Source of the DNA: Clostridia bacterium
GTDB taxonomy: Bacteria; Bacillota; Clostridia; Christensenellales; Borkfalkiaceae
Direction of reading: 5' to 3'
NCBI GenBank assembly: GCA_024405475.1
Contig: JAKSOS010000001.1
Span: 11,064-75,063, forward strand
DNA: 64,000 nucleotides
Shown here: positions 1 to 8,905 of the stretch, piece by piece
Layout: each line of letters opens with the position of its first letter
Position numbering within the stretch: the stretch's first letter is position 1
Translations under genes and position numbers: made by a program
Notes under the pieces: generated by a model
Seen by the model: the letters and a program-made list of their open reading frames with translations, nothing else
What the model was told of the DNA's origin: nothing
Database searches by the model: none

Positions 1-5
1 GAAAT

Positions 6-716
6 TTAGTCATTTTTCTCTATCTCCAAGAAAATGCTTTCTAAGTTTTTATCGCCAACTATATCTTTTACCTTTCCTTCCGCAACGAGTTTTCCGCCTT
101 TGATTATTCCTACTCTATCGCAAAGTTTTTCGGCAACTTCCAAAACGTGCGTTGAGAAAAATATAGTTCCGCCTTTAGCACAAATTTCCTTCATAATCTC
201 TTTTAAGTTATGAGATGCTATAGGGTCAAGTCCGACAAACGGTTCATCTAACACCAAAAACTTCGGGTCATGAATAAGTGCAGATATTAAAACGAGTTTT
301 TGCTTCATACCGTGTGAGTAAGAAGATATTAAATCGCCTAAATTACCTTGTATTTCAAAAAGAGAAGAATATCTTGCTATTTTTTCATTTCTTTGAGCAT
401 TACCTATTCCGAAAATATCGCAAACGAAATTTAAGTATTGAATACCCGTTAAATACTCGTAAATATCCGGATTATCAGGAACGTATGCGGTTATTTTTTT
501 ACACTCTAACGGATTTGTTTTAACAGACATTCCGTCAATTAAAATATCTCCGCCTTCAAAAGCCAAAGTACCTACGATAGATTTTATAGTAGTACTTTTA
601 CCTGCGCCGTTATGACCGATAAAACCGTATATTTCGCCCGAATTCGCCGTTAAAGACAAATTGTCAACAGCCGTAAAATTACCGTATTTTTTTGTATAAT
701 TCTTAATTTCAAGCAT
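6..716 (-). CDS. ABC transporter ATP-binding protein
   Basis: 236-aa ORF with Walker A GHNGAGKST, ABC-signature-like SHGMKQKL and Walker B FLVLDEPFVGLD. The partner permease would lie left of the window. Confidence 0.85.
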   Translation of the reverse strand: MLEIKNYTKKYGNFTAVDNLSLTANSGEIYGFIGHNGAGKSTTIKSIVGTLAFEGGDILIDGMSVKTNPLECKKITAYVPDNPDIYEYLTGIQYLNFVCDIFGIGNAQRNEKIARYSSLFEIQGNLGDLISSYSHGMKQKLVLISALIHDPKFLVLDEPFVGLDPIASHNLKEIMKEICAKGGTIFFSTHVLEVAEKLCDRVGIIKGGKLVAEGKVKDIVGDKNLESIFLEIEKND

Positions 717-767
717 ATTTCACCTCTCATATTTTTTTCATTATACAACAATTTTAATTTTTTTTCA

Positions 768-800
768 AGAAAAAAGAGATAGGAAAATATCCTATCTCTT
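768..800 (-). terminator. Rho-independent terminator downstream of gap
   Basis: 10-bp stem agagatagga/tcctatctct with a 5-nt loop. It is followed on the minus strand by TTTTTCTT. Confidence 0.6.
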
Positions 801-817
801 TATACTTGATTATCAAA

Positions 818-1879
818 TTACTTTATTTCAGAGAAATACTTAATTGTTCTAACCATTTGGCTTGTATATGAGTTTTCGTTATCATACCAAGAAACAACTT
901 GAACTTGATAAGTATCGTCGTCAATCTTTGAAACCATAGTTTGTGTAGCATCAAAGAGTGAACCAAATCTCATACCGATAACGTCAGAAGAAACGATTTC
1001 ATCTTCGTTATAACCGAAAGATTCAGTTGCTTGAGCCTTCATAGCAGCGTTGATGCCTTCTTTAGTAACGTCCTTGCCCTTAACAACAGCAACTAAGATT
1101 GTTGTTGAACCTGTAGCTGTTGGAACACGTTGAGCAGAACCGATTAACTTACCGTTAAGTTCCGGAATAACTAAACCGATTGCCTTAGCAGCACCTGTTG
1201 AGTTAGGAACGATATTCATAGCACCTGCTCTTGAACGACGTAAGTCACCCTTTCTTTGTGGACCATCAAGAATCATTTGGTCGCCTGTGTAAGCGTGAAC
1301 TGTTGTCATAATACCAGATTGAATAGGTGCGTAATCATTAAGAGCCTTTGCCATAGGAGCGAGACAGTTTGTCGTGCATGATGCAGCAGAAATAATGTGA
1401 TCGTCCTTTGTCAATGTCTTGTGGTTTACGTTGTAAACGATTGTTGGAAGGTCGTTACCTGCAGGAGCAGAAATAACAACGTTCTTTGCACCGGCATCAA
1501 TGTGTGCTTGTGCTTTTGCTTTTGCTGTATAGAAACCTGTACATTCTAATACAACGTCAATGTCTAATTGACCCCATGGGAGTTCAGCGGCATTTGCTTT
1601 TGCGTAGATAGTAATTTTCTTACCGTCAACGATAATTGCGCCAGGAACTGTTACGGTCTTTCCATCTTCAGCATATTGAGCGTCAATGAATTCAACCTTG
1701 TGGTCTCTAGCATAGTTTCCTTGCATCGTATCATACTTTAATAAGTGTGCGAGCATCTTTGGGCTGGTTAAGTCGTTAATGGCTACTACTTCATAGCCTT
1801 CTGCACCGAACATTTGACGGAATGCAAGACGACCAATACGACCAAAACCGTTAATTGCAACTTTAGTTACTTTTGACAT
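818..1879 (-). CDS. gap: Type I glyceraldehyde-3-phosphate dehydrogenase
   Basis: NGFGRIGR Rossmann N-terminus, catalytic SCTTNCLAP and WYDNE near the C-terminus. Start moved to the ATG at 1879, which has GGAGG 7 nt upstream. The ORF-track TTG start at 1894 sits inside that SD. Confidence 0.95.
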   Translation of the reverse strand: MSKVTKVAINGFGRIGRLAFRQMFGAEGYEVVAINDLTSPKMLAHLLKYDTMQGNYARDHKVEFIDAQYAEDGKTVTVPGAIIVDGKKITIYAKANAAELPWGQLDIDVVLECTGFYTAKAKAQAHIDAGAKNVVISAPAGNDLPTIVYNVNHKTLTKDDHIISAASCTTNCLAPMAKALNDYAPIQSGIMTTVHAYTGDQMILDGPQRKGDLRRSRAGAMNIVPNSTGAAKAIGLVIPELNGKLIGSAQRVPTATGSTTILVAVVKGKDVTKEGINAAMKAQATESFGYNEDEIVSSDVIGMRFGSLFDATQTMVSKIDDDTYQVQVVSWYDNENSYTSQMVRTIKYFSEIK

Positions 1880-1964
1880 ATTTATGTCCTCCAATCAATA
1901 TAAGTTTTATATTTTTTTAAATATTATATAATTTTACCGTTTTTTAGTCAATTGTTTTGACCTA

Positions 1965-3080
1965 CTATTTTAAATTTTCAGGGTTTAGGCACAATAAATC
2001 GCTCGGAATAAAGCGACCGTCCTTTCTAATCAGTTCTCCGTCAAGATAAATTTCACCACCGCCGTACTCTTTGGTTTGAATTTGCACCAAGTCCCAGTGA
2101 ATTGCAGAAGTGTTTCCGTTATAGCAATCGTCATAGCAAGCACCGGGGGTGAAATGAATAGACCCTGCAATTTTTTCATCAAATAAAATATCCCCCATAG
2201 GATTTTTTATATACGGGTTTATTCCAAAAGAAAACTCGCCCACGTATCTTGCACCTTCGTCGGTATCAAAAATTGCGTTTATCTTCTTTTCGTCGTTTCC
2301 GGTCGCTTTAATTATTTTTCCGTCCTTAAAAGTTAAAGAAACGTTTTCATACTTAAAACCACCTTGAATGCTCGGTGCATTATACGTTATTACTCCGTTT
2401 ACGCTGTCTTTAACAGGGGCAGTATATATCTCTCCGTCAGGTATATTATGTTCACCCGAACATTTTTTGCTTCCTATTCCTTTAATTGAAAAACTAATAT
2501 CTGTATCTTTTGCGATAATTCTGACTTTATCTGCCTTGTTTAATCTTTTTGCCAAAGCATCCATCGCCTTATCCATTTTAAAATAATCTAAATTACACAC
2601 GTTAAAGTAAAACTCTTCAAATGCGTCTGTGCTCATATTTGCAGATTGCGCCATTCCTTCGTTTGGATATCTGAGTATTACCCATTTGGTCTTTTTTACT
2701 CTCAATTCGTGATGAACGGGAAGTGAATACAATGCGCTTTCTATTGCCAACTTATCTTCGGGAATATCGCTGTTTTCCATAGAGTTGTTTCCGCCCCTTA
2801 TTCCGATGTACGCATCCATTTCTTGCATACGGAAAGAATCGTATTTCGCTTTTAACTTTGCCAACTCTTCAGTTTCGCCAAGCAATAATTCTCTACTAAC
2901 CCTATTGTCAAAAATTTCCACGAAAGGATATGCGCCTACTTTATACACCTCTTTTATTATTTCATTTACAAGCATATAGTCAACGCCCTTCGCTTCAATC
3001 AAGATCTTCTCGCCCTTTTTTAAATTGCAAGAATAATTTACTAATCCGCTTGCAAGTTTTTTTATTCTTTCATCTACCAT
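1965..3080 (-). CDS. Aminopeptidase, M29 (AmpS/PepS/aminopeptidase II) family
   Basis: 371-aa ORF with family-typical length and blocks (EIYTAPV, GEFSFGINP, GSIHFTPG, IHWDLV). Recognised by eye only. Confidence 0.75.
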   Translation of the reverse strand: MVDERIKKLASGLVNYSCNLKKGEKILIEAKGVDYMLVNEIIKEVYKVGAYPFVEIFDNRVSRELLLGETEELAKLKAKYDSFRMQEMDAYIGIRGGNNSMENSDIPEDKLAIESALYSLPVHHELRVKKTKWVILRYPNEGMAQSANMSTDAFEEFYFNVCNLDYFKMDKAMDALAKRLNKADKVRIIAKDTDISFSIKGIGSKKCSGEHNIPDGEIYTAPVKDSVNGVITYNAPSIQGGFKYENVSLTFKDGKIIKATGNDEKKINAIFDTDEGARYVGEFSFGINPYIKNPMGDILFDEKIAGSIHFTPGACYDDCYNGNTSAIHWDLVQIQTKEYGGGEIYLDGELIRKDGRFIPSDLLCLNPENLK

Positions 3081-3111
3081 ATTTCACCTTAATTTAAAAT
3101 ATAAAATACTA

Positions 3112-3139
3112 CCCACTAAAATCCGAAGATTATAGTGGG
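3112..3139 (-). terminator. Possible terminator after hydA
   Basis: 7-bp stem cccacta/tagtggg with a 14-nt loop, followed on the minus strand by a moderately U-rich tract. Weak. Confidence 0.3.
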
Positions 3140-3153
3140 CAATTATTTTTTTA

Positions 3154-4920
3154 TTAGTTAAAACGCTTTCTGTCTTTATTGTATGTTGTATGCAATAATT
3201 CGTGCGCTTTGTGTGAGTTTGGTTCACCTAAGAATTCATCATATAAAGCTTTAACTTGTGGGTTGTTATGTGATTGACGAATAACTTGTCTTTCGTCTTC
3301 AGAATACAACGCATTTGCTCTCTTTTCTTTATATGTGTCCATAATATTTACGTCTTCGTTAGGTAAGAACGCTTCTCTTACGTAAGGTTGACCGCCACCT
3401 TTGATACAACCGCCTGGGCATCCCATAATTTCAATAAACGTATATGGAGATTTGCCTTCTCTGATTTGGTCAAGTAAAACCTTAGCGCCCTTCATACCCG
3501 AAGTGATTGCAACCTTTATCTTTTGACCGTTTAAATCAAATTCGGCTTCTCTGATACTTTCAAAACCTCTTACTTCCTTAAATACGACGCCTTCTCTTTC
3601 TTTACCTGTTAATACGAAGTATGCAGTACGTAAAGCGGCTTCCATAACACCACCGGTTACACCGAAAATAACGCCGGCACCAGTATAATCGTGAACGATA
3701 TCGTTATCAAAATCTTCATCAGGAAGTTTATCAAATCTGATACCTGAACGCTTAATAAGTTTAGCAAGTTCTCTCGTCGTTAAAACTGCATCTACGTCAC
3801 GAAGACCGTTTGTAGTAAGTTCAGGACGTTGTTCTTCGTACTTTTTAGCCGTGCAAGGCATAATTGATACGACGAACATATCTTCAGGTTTAACGCCGAT
3901 TTTTTCAGCATAATAACTCTTTAATATTGCACCGAACATCTCGTGTGGAGATTTGCAACTTGATAAGTGGTCTAATTGATCAGGATAATAATATTCTGCA
4001 TAGTTTATCCAACCTGGTGAACAAGAAGTAATCATAGGCAAAGCGCCACCGTTTTTAATTCTTGATAATAATTCCGTTGCTTCTTCCATAATAGTAAGGT
4101 CGGCAGCGAAGTTCGTATCAAATACCTTCTTAAAACCTAATCTTCTTAAAGCGGCTGCCATCTTGCCTGTTACAGGAGTTCCGATCTTCATACCGAATTC
4201 TTCGCCGAGTGCTGCTCTTACAGCAGGTGCAGTTTGTACAACTACGTATTTGCCTTCAGCAAATGCTTGGTCAATCTTATCTATTTCAGAAACTTCCATT
4301 AAAGCACCTGTTGGGCAAACGCTTACGCATTGACCACACATGATACAAGGAGAGTTTGCAAAACTTCTGTTTTCTGCAGGTGCTACCATTGTGTTAAAGC
4401 CTCTCTTTTCAAAGCCCAAAACACCTAAGCCGTGAGCGTTCTTACAACGCTCTACACATCTTCCGCAAAGAACACACTTTGAAGTATCTCTCTTGATACT
4501 CGGTGTCAATTCGTCAACCGTAGTTGGTGTTTGTGCGCCTGAATATGCGCCAACTTTTGCACCTGTGAGTTCGGCTACGTGATATAATTCGCACTTGCCG
4601 TTCTTTTCACATTCTTGACAGTTTCTGTTGTGATTTGATAAAAGTAATTCAACTGACGTTCTTCTTGCCTTCGTTGCCTTTGGAGAAGAAATAGTAATTT
4701 CCATACCTTCTGAAATCGGATAAACGCAAGATGCAACAAGTCCTCTCGCACCGGTTGCTTCTACTAAACATACTCGGCAAGATGCTCTTGAACATTCGCC
4801 GTGATTAAAAGCGCAAAGTGATGGGATTTCAAAACCACATTGTCTTGCAGCTTCTAAAATGGTTAAACCCTCTTCTACTTGAAAAGGAATACCTTCAATT
4901 TTAATATTTATTTTAGCCAT
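3154..4920 (-). CDS. hydA: [FeFe]-hydrogenase catalytic subunit (HydA/HndD type, group A3-like)
   Basis: N-terminal 2Fe-2S ferredoxin-like fold, several CxxCxxCxxxCP ferredoxin motifs, then the H-domain. H-cluster motifs: L2 MPCTAKKYE, L3 EIMGCPGGCIKGGGQP, and L1 reading TSCSPGW instead of TSCCPxW. Follows the NuoE/NuoF-like genes. Confidence 0.9.
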   Translation of the reverse strand: MAKINIKIEGIPFQVEEGLTILEAARQCGFEIPSLCAFNHGECSRASCRVCLVEATGARGLVASCVYPISEGMEITISSPKATKARRTSVELLLSNHNRNCQECEKNGKCELYHVAELTGAKVGAYSGAQTPTTVDELTPSIKRDTSKCVLCGRCVERCKNAHGLGVLGFEKRGFNTMVAPAENRSFANSPCIMCGQCVSVCPTGALMEVSEIDKIDQAFAEGKYVVVQTAPAVRAALGEEFGMKIGTPVTGKMAAALRRLGFKKVFDTNFAADLTIMEEATELLSRIKNGGALPMITSCSPGWINYAEYYYPDQLDHLSSCKSPHEMFGAILKSYYAEKIGVKPEDMFVVSIMPCTAKKYEEQRPELTTNGLRDVDAVLTTRELAKLIKRSGIRFDKLPDEDFDNDIVHDYTGAGVIFGVTGGVMEAALRTAYFVLTGKEREGVVFKEVRGFESIREAEFDLNGQKIKVAITSGMKGAKVLLDQIREGKSPYTFIEIMGCPGGCIKGGGQPYVREAFLPNEDVNIMDTYKEKRANALYSEDERQVIRQSHNNPQVKALYDEFLGEPNSHKAHELLHTTYNKDRKRFN

Positions 4921-4934
4921 AATTCTCTATCCCC

Positions 4935-5642
4935 CTATTTCTTTGAAATTGCCTTAAACTTACATGAAGCCATACATAAACCACACTTAATACACTTTTC
5001 AGCGTTGATTTTAAGTGATGGAAGTTTATGACCTTCGGCAACGTAATCAGTCTTTTCTATTGCGCCGACAGGACATTGTCTTGCACAAAGTCCGCAACCC
5101 ATACATTTATCTTTATCAATTTCATATACCATAAGACTCTTACATACGTGTGCCGTACATTTCTTGTCTACGATATGTGAAACATATTCGTCCTTAAATT
5201 GAGCGAGTGTAGATAAAATAGGGTTAGGTGCTGTTTGACCTAAAGCACAAAGTGAATTTGCCTTTACGTTTGCTGCTAAATCTTGTAATGTATCAAGGTC
5301 AGCTAACGTTGCCTTGCCTTCCGTTATCTTCGTTAAAAGTTCAAGCATACGCTTTGTACCGATACGGCATGGTGTACACTTACCGCAAGATTCGTCGCAA
5401 ATAAAGTCCATATAGAACTTTGCTACGTCAACCATACAGTTATCTTCGTCCATTACGATAGCACCACCTGAACCCATCATTGAACCACGGGCAATAAGTG
5501 AATCGTAATCAATAGGAACGTCTAAGTCCTTACTCGTCAAGCATCCGCCTGATGGACCACCTGTTTGAATAGCCTTAAATTCTTTACCGTTAGGAATACC
5601 ACCGCCGATATCATAAATGAGTTCACGGAGTGTTGTTCCCAT
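4935..5642 (-). CDS. hydB: NuoF-like hydrogenase subunit HydB/HndC, C-terminal fragment (after in-frame stop)
   Basis: Carries the NuoF 4Fe-4S motif CGKCTPCR and two C-terminal CxxCxxCxxxC ferredoxin motifs. It is in the same frame as ORF 5673..6812, separated only by TAA plus 10 sense codons ([10 protein letters not shown]). Confidence 0.8.
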   Translation of the reverse strand: MGTTLRELIYDIGGGIPNGKEFKAIQTGGPSGGCLTSKDLDVPIDYDSLIARGSMMGSGGAIVMDEDNCMVDVAKFYMDFICDESCGKCTPCRIGTKRMLELLTKITEGKATLADLDTLQDLAANVKANSLCALGQTAPNPILSTLAQFKDEYVSHIVDKKCTAHVCKSLMVYEIDKDKCMGCGLCARQCPVGAIEKTDYVAEGHKLPSLKINAEKCIKCGLCMASCKFKAISKK

Positions 5643-5672
5643 AGGAACTTCAACTAAACCTACGTTATTTAC

Positions 5673-6812
5673 TTATCCGCCGAGAGCGAAAACTTTTGTC
5701 CCCTTACTCTTTTCGGTACCGATATTATTAAACTTTTCAAAGCCTTCTCTCATAATGTAAGAAACGCATGCTAACGTTTCTACGTTATTTACGATAGAAG
5801 GTTGTTGCCATAAACCTTTAACTGCAGGGAACGGTGGACGAGGACGTGGATTACCACGTTGACCTTCAATAGAATTCAAAAGTGCTGTTTCTTCACCACA
5901 AACGAATGCGCCTGCACCTAAACGGATATGTACTCTGAACGAGAAACCAGTTCCTAAAATGTTATCGCCTATAAGACCTAATTCTTGCTTAATTGCGATT
6001 TTTAATCTCTTAACTGCAATAGGATATTCTGCACGAACGTAGAAATAACCGTCTTTTGCGCCGATTGCGTAGCCGGCTATCATCATACCTTCAATAACTG
6101 CTAAAGGATTACCTTCAAGAATTGATCTATCCATGAATGCACCCGGATCGCCTTCGTCACCATTACAAATAACGTACTTTTCGTCTGATACTTGATTGTA
6201 TGCGAATTGCCACTTTCTTCCCGTTGGGAAACCTGCACCACCACGACCACGAAGTCCTGAATTCAATATTTCGTTAATTACGTCTTGTCTATCCATTGAA
6301 AGTGCACGAGACAAACCTTGGAATGCACCTGCACCTATACTTTCTTCTATCTTTTCAGGGTTGATGCTACCACAACCGTGTAAAGCAATACGAACTTGCT
6401 TTTTATAGAAAGTAATATCTTCTTGCTTTTTAACTTTTTCTAACGTTTGTGGGTCAATATATAAAAGTCTTTCAACTACTTCTCCACCCAAAATATCTTT
6501 TTCAATTATTTCGTTTACGTCTTCAATTTTTACCATACGATAAAGAGTATCTTCAGGATAAATCTTTACGAATGGTCCTTGTGAACAGAAACCGAAACAA
6601 CCTACTTGGTTAACAGTTACTTTGTCTTCTAATTTTCTTTCAGCGATTTGCTTTTCAAATTCTGCTAAAATTTGTGCTGAATTTGAAGAAAGACAGCCTG
6701 TACCACCGCATAATACGATATGACGTTTTCCGTCGCTACCCGTAAACTTAGCGTCTAAACATTTTGAGCAATCGCAAGACATCTTTTTGAGTTCTTCAAT
6801 ATTCTTAACCAT
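5673..6812 (-). CDS. hydB: NuoF-like hydrogenase subunit HydB/HndC, N-terminal fragment (ends at in-frame TAA)
   Basis: N-terminal thioredoxin-like 2Fe-2S domain and the NADH/FMN block GRGGAGFPTGRKW...CNGDEGDPGAF. It stops at ...KVFALGG-TAA inside the SLBB domain, where homologues continue. Confidence 0.8.
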   Translation of the reverse strand: MVKNIEELKKMSCDCSKCLDAKFTGSDGKRHIVLCGGTGCLSSNSAQILAEFEKQIAERKLEDKVTVNQVGCFGFCSQGPFVKIYPEDTLYRMVKIEDVNEIIEKDILGGEVVERLLYIDPQTLEKVKKQEDITFYKKQVRIALHGCGSINPEKIEESIGAGAFQGLSRALSMDRQDVINEILNSGLRGRGGAGFPTGRKWQFAYNQVSDEKYVICNGDEGDPGAFMDRSILEGNPLAVIEGMMIAGYAIGAKDGYFYVRAEYPIAVKRLKIAIKQELGLIGDNILGTGFSFRVHIRLGAGAFVCGEETALLNSIEGQRGNPRPRPPFPAVKGLWQQPSIVNNVETLACVSYIMREGFEKFNNIGTEKSKGTKVFALGG

Positions 6813-7300
6813 TAGTTTGCCCCTCCCATTGCTTTATATTCATCAACTATCTTAGAAACAACGTCAACCGATACCTTTGGATATACCTTTCCGTTAATTG
6901 TAACGGCTGGAGCAATACCGCAAGCACCGATACAACGCAATGCGTCTAACGTAAATAAACCGTCTTCAGTCGTTTCACCGGGCTTAATCTTTAAAATGTC
7001 AGAGAACTTATCAATTACTTGTTGTGCGCCCTTAACGTAGCAAGCCGTACCCAAACAGCAACCTATTACGTACTTTCCTTTCGGTTTTAGCGAGAAGAAA
7101 GAATAGAACGTTACAACACCGTAAATCTCTGCTACGGAAACGCCTGTCTTTTCAGAAACTAATTCCTGAACTTCCAAAGGAATATATCCGTATTCCTTTT
7201 GAATATCACTTAAAATCATCATAAGTGGTGTCTTTTCATCTGCATATCTATCGCAGATTTCATTTATCTGCTTTACAGCAGCTTCACTTAACTTGGACAT
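6812..7300 (-). CDS. hydC: NuoE-like [2Fe-2S] hydrogenase subunit HydC/HndA
   Basis: 162 aa with thioredoxin-like 2Fe-2S motifs CLGTACYVKG and CIGACGIAP. AGGAGG SD. ATGA-type overlap with hydB. Confidence 0.85.
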   Translation of the reverse strand: MSKLSEAAVKQINEICDRYADEKTPLMMILSDIQKEYGYIPLEVQELVSEKTGVSVAEIYGVVTFYSFFSLKPKGKYVIGCCLGTACYVKGAQQVIDKFSDILKIKPGETTEDGLFTLDALRCIGACGIAPAVTINGKVYPKVSVDVVSKIVDEYKAMGGAN

Positions 7301-7361
7301 AAAGCCCTCCTTTTGTTGATATATAATTAAACTAAACAGTAAAATATTGTTTAACCAATAT

Positions 7362-7390
7362 ATTTTATCTCTTTATCTTAAAAAAGTCAA
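7362..7390 (-). promoter_or_regulatory. Sigma-70/SigA-type promoter for hydCBA
   Basis: On the minus strand: TTGACT (7385-7390), 17-nt spacer, TAAAAT (7362-7367). It lies about 60 nt upstream of hydC. Confidence 0.5.
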
Positions 7391-7434
7391 TGTATATATT
7401 GCACAACTTAATCTTTTTTTGACATTTTTTTAAA

Positions 7435-7468
7435 ATAAAAAAAGCATACGCCGTTAAGCGTATGCTTT
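7435..7468 (-). terminator. Rho-independent terminator ending the mdh...frd-transporter operon
   Basis: GC-containing stem gcatacgc/gcgtatgc with a 6-nt loop, followed on the minus strand by a 7-T run. It sits immediately after the transporter stop codon. Confidence 0.8.
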
Positions 7469-7486
7469 TATCTGTTTTTTTACTTT

Positions 7487-8896
7487 TTATAACAACGTTA
7501 CTATAAATTGTGATGCCAAAACGATTAAAACTAATGCGATAGGATACGTAGAAGCGTAAGCAGAAGCAACGTCGTCTGTTTCCGCAACTTTTACGAGTGT
7601 TCCTAATGCAGGAGTACTTGTCATACCGCCCGTTATTGAACCCAAAGTGTTAAGCAAAGGAATTCTCAATACTTTCGTTGCAAAGAAATATCCTACTACC
7701 ATAGGTGCTATCGTCATAATTATTCCTGCACCGAAACCTATTGCGATAATGCCACCCGTTACTTCTTTATTAGATATTTTAGCAACTAATTCTGCACCAC
7801 CTGCTACGCCTGCACCTATCAAGAACAACATTAAACCTAATTCACGCAAAACTTTTGCCGTATGTTCCGGAACTTCTAAAGATAATTTGCCAAAATGACC
7901 GAAATGTCCAAATACCAAACACATTATCAAAACGCCACCGGTCGTTCCTAATGAGAAACAAGTACCTTGATATCCCTTACCCGTTAGTGGAATCTTAATT
8001 GCACCGAATAACAATCCTGCGATAACTGCTAAACCGAAGGCCATTAAACCAAATGGGTCTGCCATGAATAAGCCTTCTTTTTTGCTTATCATCTCCGCAC
8101 CTTCAATCTTTAATAAGCCACGTTCTTTTTCCATATCTGCCTTTAAGAATTTCGGCATAAGTTGAACGAATAATACGACACCGACTACTCCAAACGGATA
8201 TGCTATTGCGTGCCCTAAAGTAACGAATGCATCCCCTGCGTCGTCTGCGGCTTCAAGTGCTGCGGAATACCCAGGCGTCGTTGTCAATGCACCTGATAAA
8301 ATACCTGCCGATAACTCCTTACCGTGATTTGCTTGACCTAAAATCAAGGCAAATATGACTGCGATAATCGCACCTATTACTATAATGATTACGCCGAGCA
8401 ATACGTATGATTTTGCATTTTTCTTTAAGTTCTTAAAAAAGTTAGGACCTGCAATAAATCCTACTGCACCGACGAATAAAACCAAACCTATATTTTGTAC
8501 TATTGAACTGTAATATTTATATAACGTTGCAGAAGAATCTTTAATATATAAATTGTTTAATATAGGCGTTGAATTTAACCATTTCATCGTTGATAAACAA
8601 CCAAAAGCGATAGCGACTAAAAATACGCCTGCCGTTCCGAGTGAAACGCCCTTAATGTTTATACTTCCGAGTAAATATCCCAAAGACGCAACTAAAAACA
8701 TACCGAATAACAACGCTACTACTGCTGAAAATCCGTAGGTTTTATTTTTAACTGCTATTTCGGCATTTGAAGGAACTTTTACAAGGTTAACGATACACCA
8801 AGCAATAATTCCGCATACTAAAACGCCGATTATTGACCAAAATACTATTTTTTTTGCATTATTTTTTTGTTGCAATTTATCATTTTGTTCAATCAT
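7487..8896 (-). CDS. AAEx (aspartate:alanine exchanger / YidE-YbjL-SucE) family transporter, short form without RCK_C domains
   Basis: 469-aa polytopic protein with two internally repeated halves. Each half carries the family block (SINIKGVSLGTAGVFLVAIAFG and CFSLGTTGGVLIMCLVFG...LRELGLMLFLIGAGVAGG). Only about 30 aa link the halves. Confidence 0.7.
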   Translation of the reverse strand: MIEQNDKLQQKNNAKKIVFWSIIGVLVCGIIAWCIVNLVKVPSNAEIAVKNKTYGFSAVVALLFGMFLVASLGYLLGSINIKGVSLGTAGVFLVAIAFGCLSTMKWLNSTPILNNLYIKDSSATLYKYYSSIVQNIGLVLFVGAVGFIAGPNFFKNLKKNAKSYVLLGVIIIVIGAIIAVIFALILGQANHGKELSAGILSGALTTTPGYSAALEAADDAGDAFVTLGHAIAYPFGVVGVVLFVQLMPKFLKADMEKERGLLKIEGAEMISKKEGLFMADPFGLMAFGLAVIAGLLFGAIKIPLTGKGYQGTCFSLGTTGGVLIMCLVFGHFGHFGKLSLEVPEHTAKVLRELGLMLFLIGAGVAGGAELVAKISNKEVTGGIIAIGFGAGIIMTIAPMVVGYFFATKVLRIPLLNTLGSITGGMTSTPALGTLVKVAETDDVASAYASTYPIALVLIVLASQFIVTLL

Positions 8897-8905
8897 AATT
8901 ATCTC

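Noticed and set aside
5673-5675. Possibility that the in-frame TAA in hydB reflects an alternative genetic code or stop-codon reassignment
   Set aside because: TAA is used as the ordinary terminator of well-conserved neighbours at their expected C-termini, for example gap (...SEIK-TAA), dnaK (...GGDQQ-TAA) and glnN (...SVKY-TAA). No other conserved gene in the window shows internal stops.
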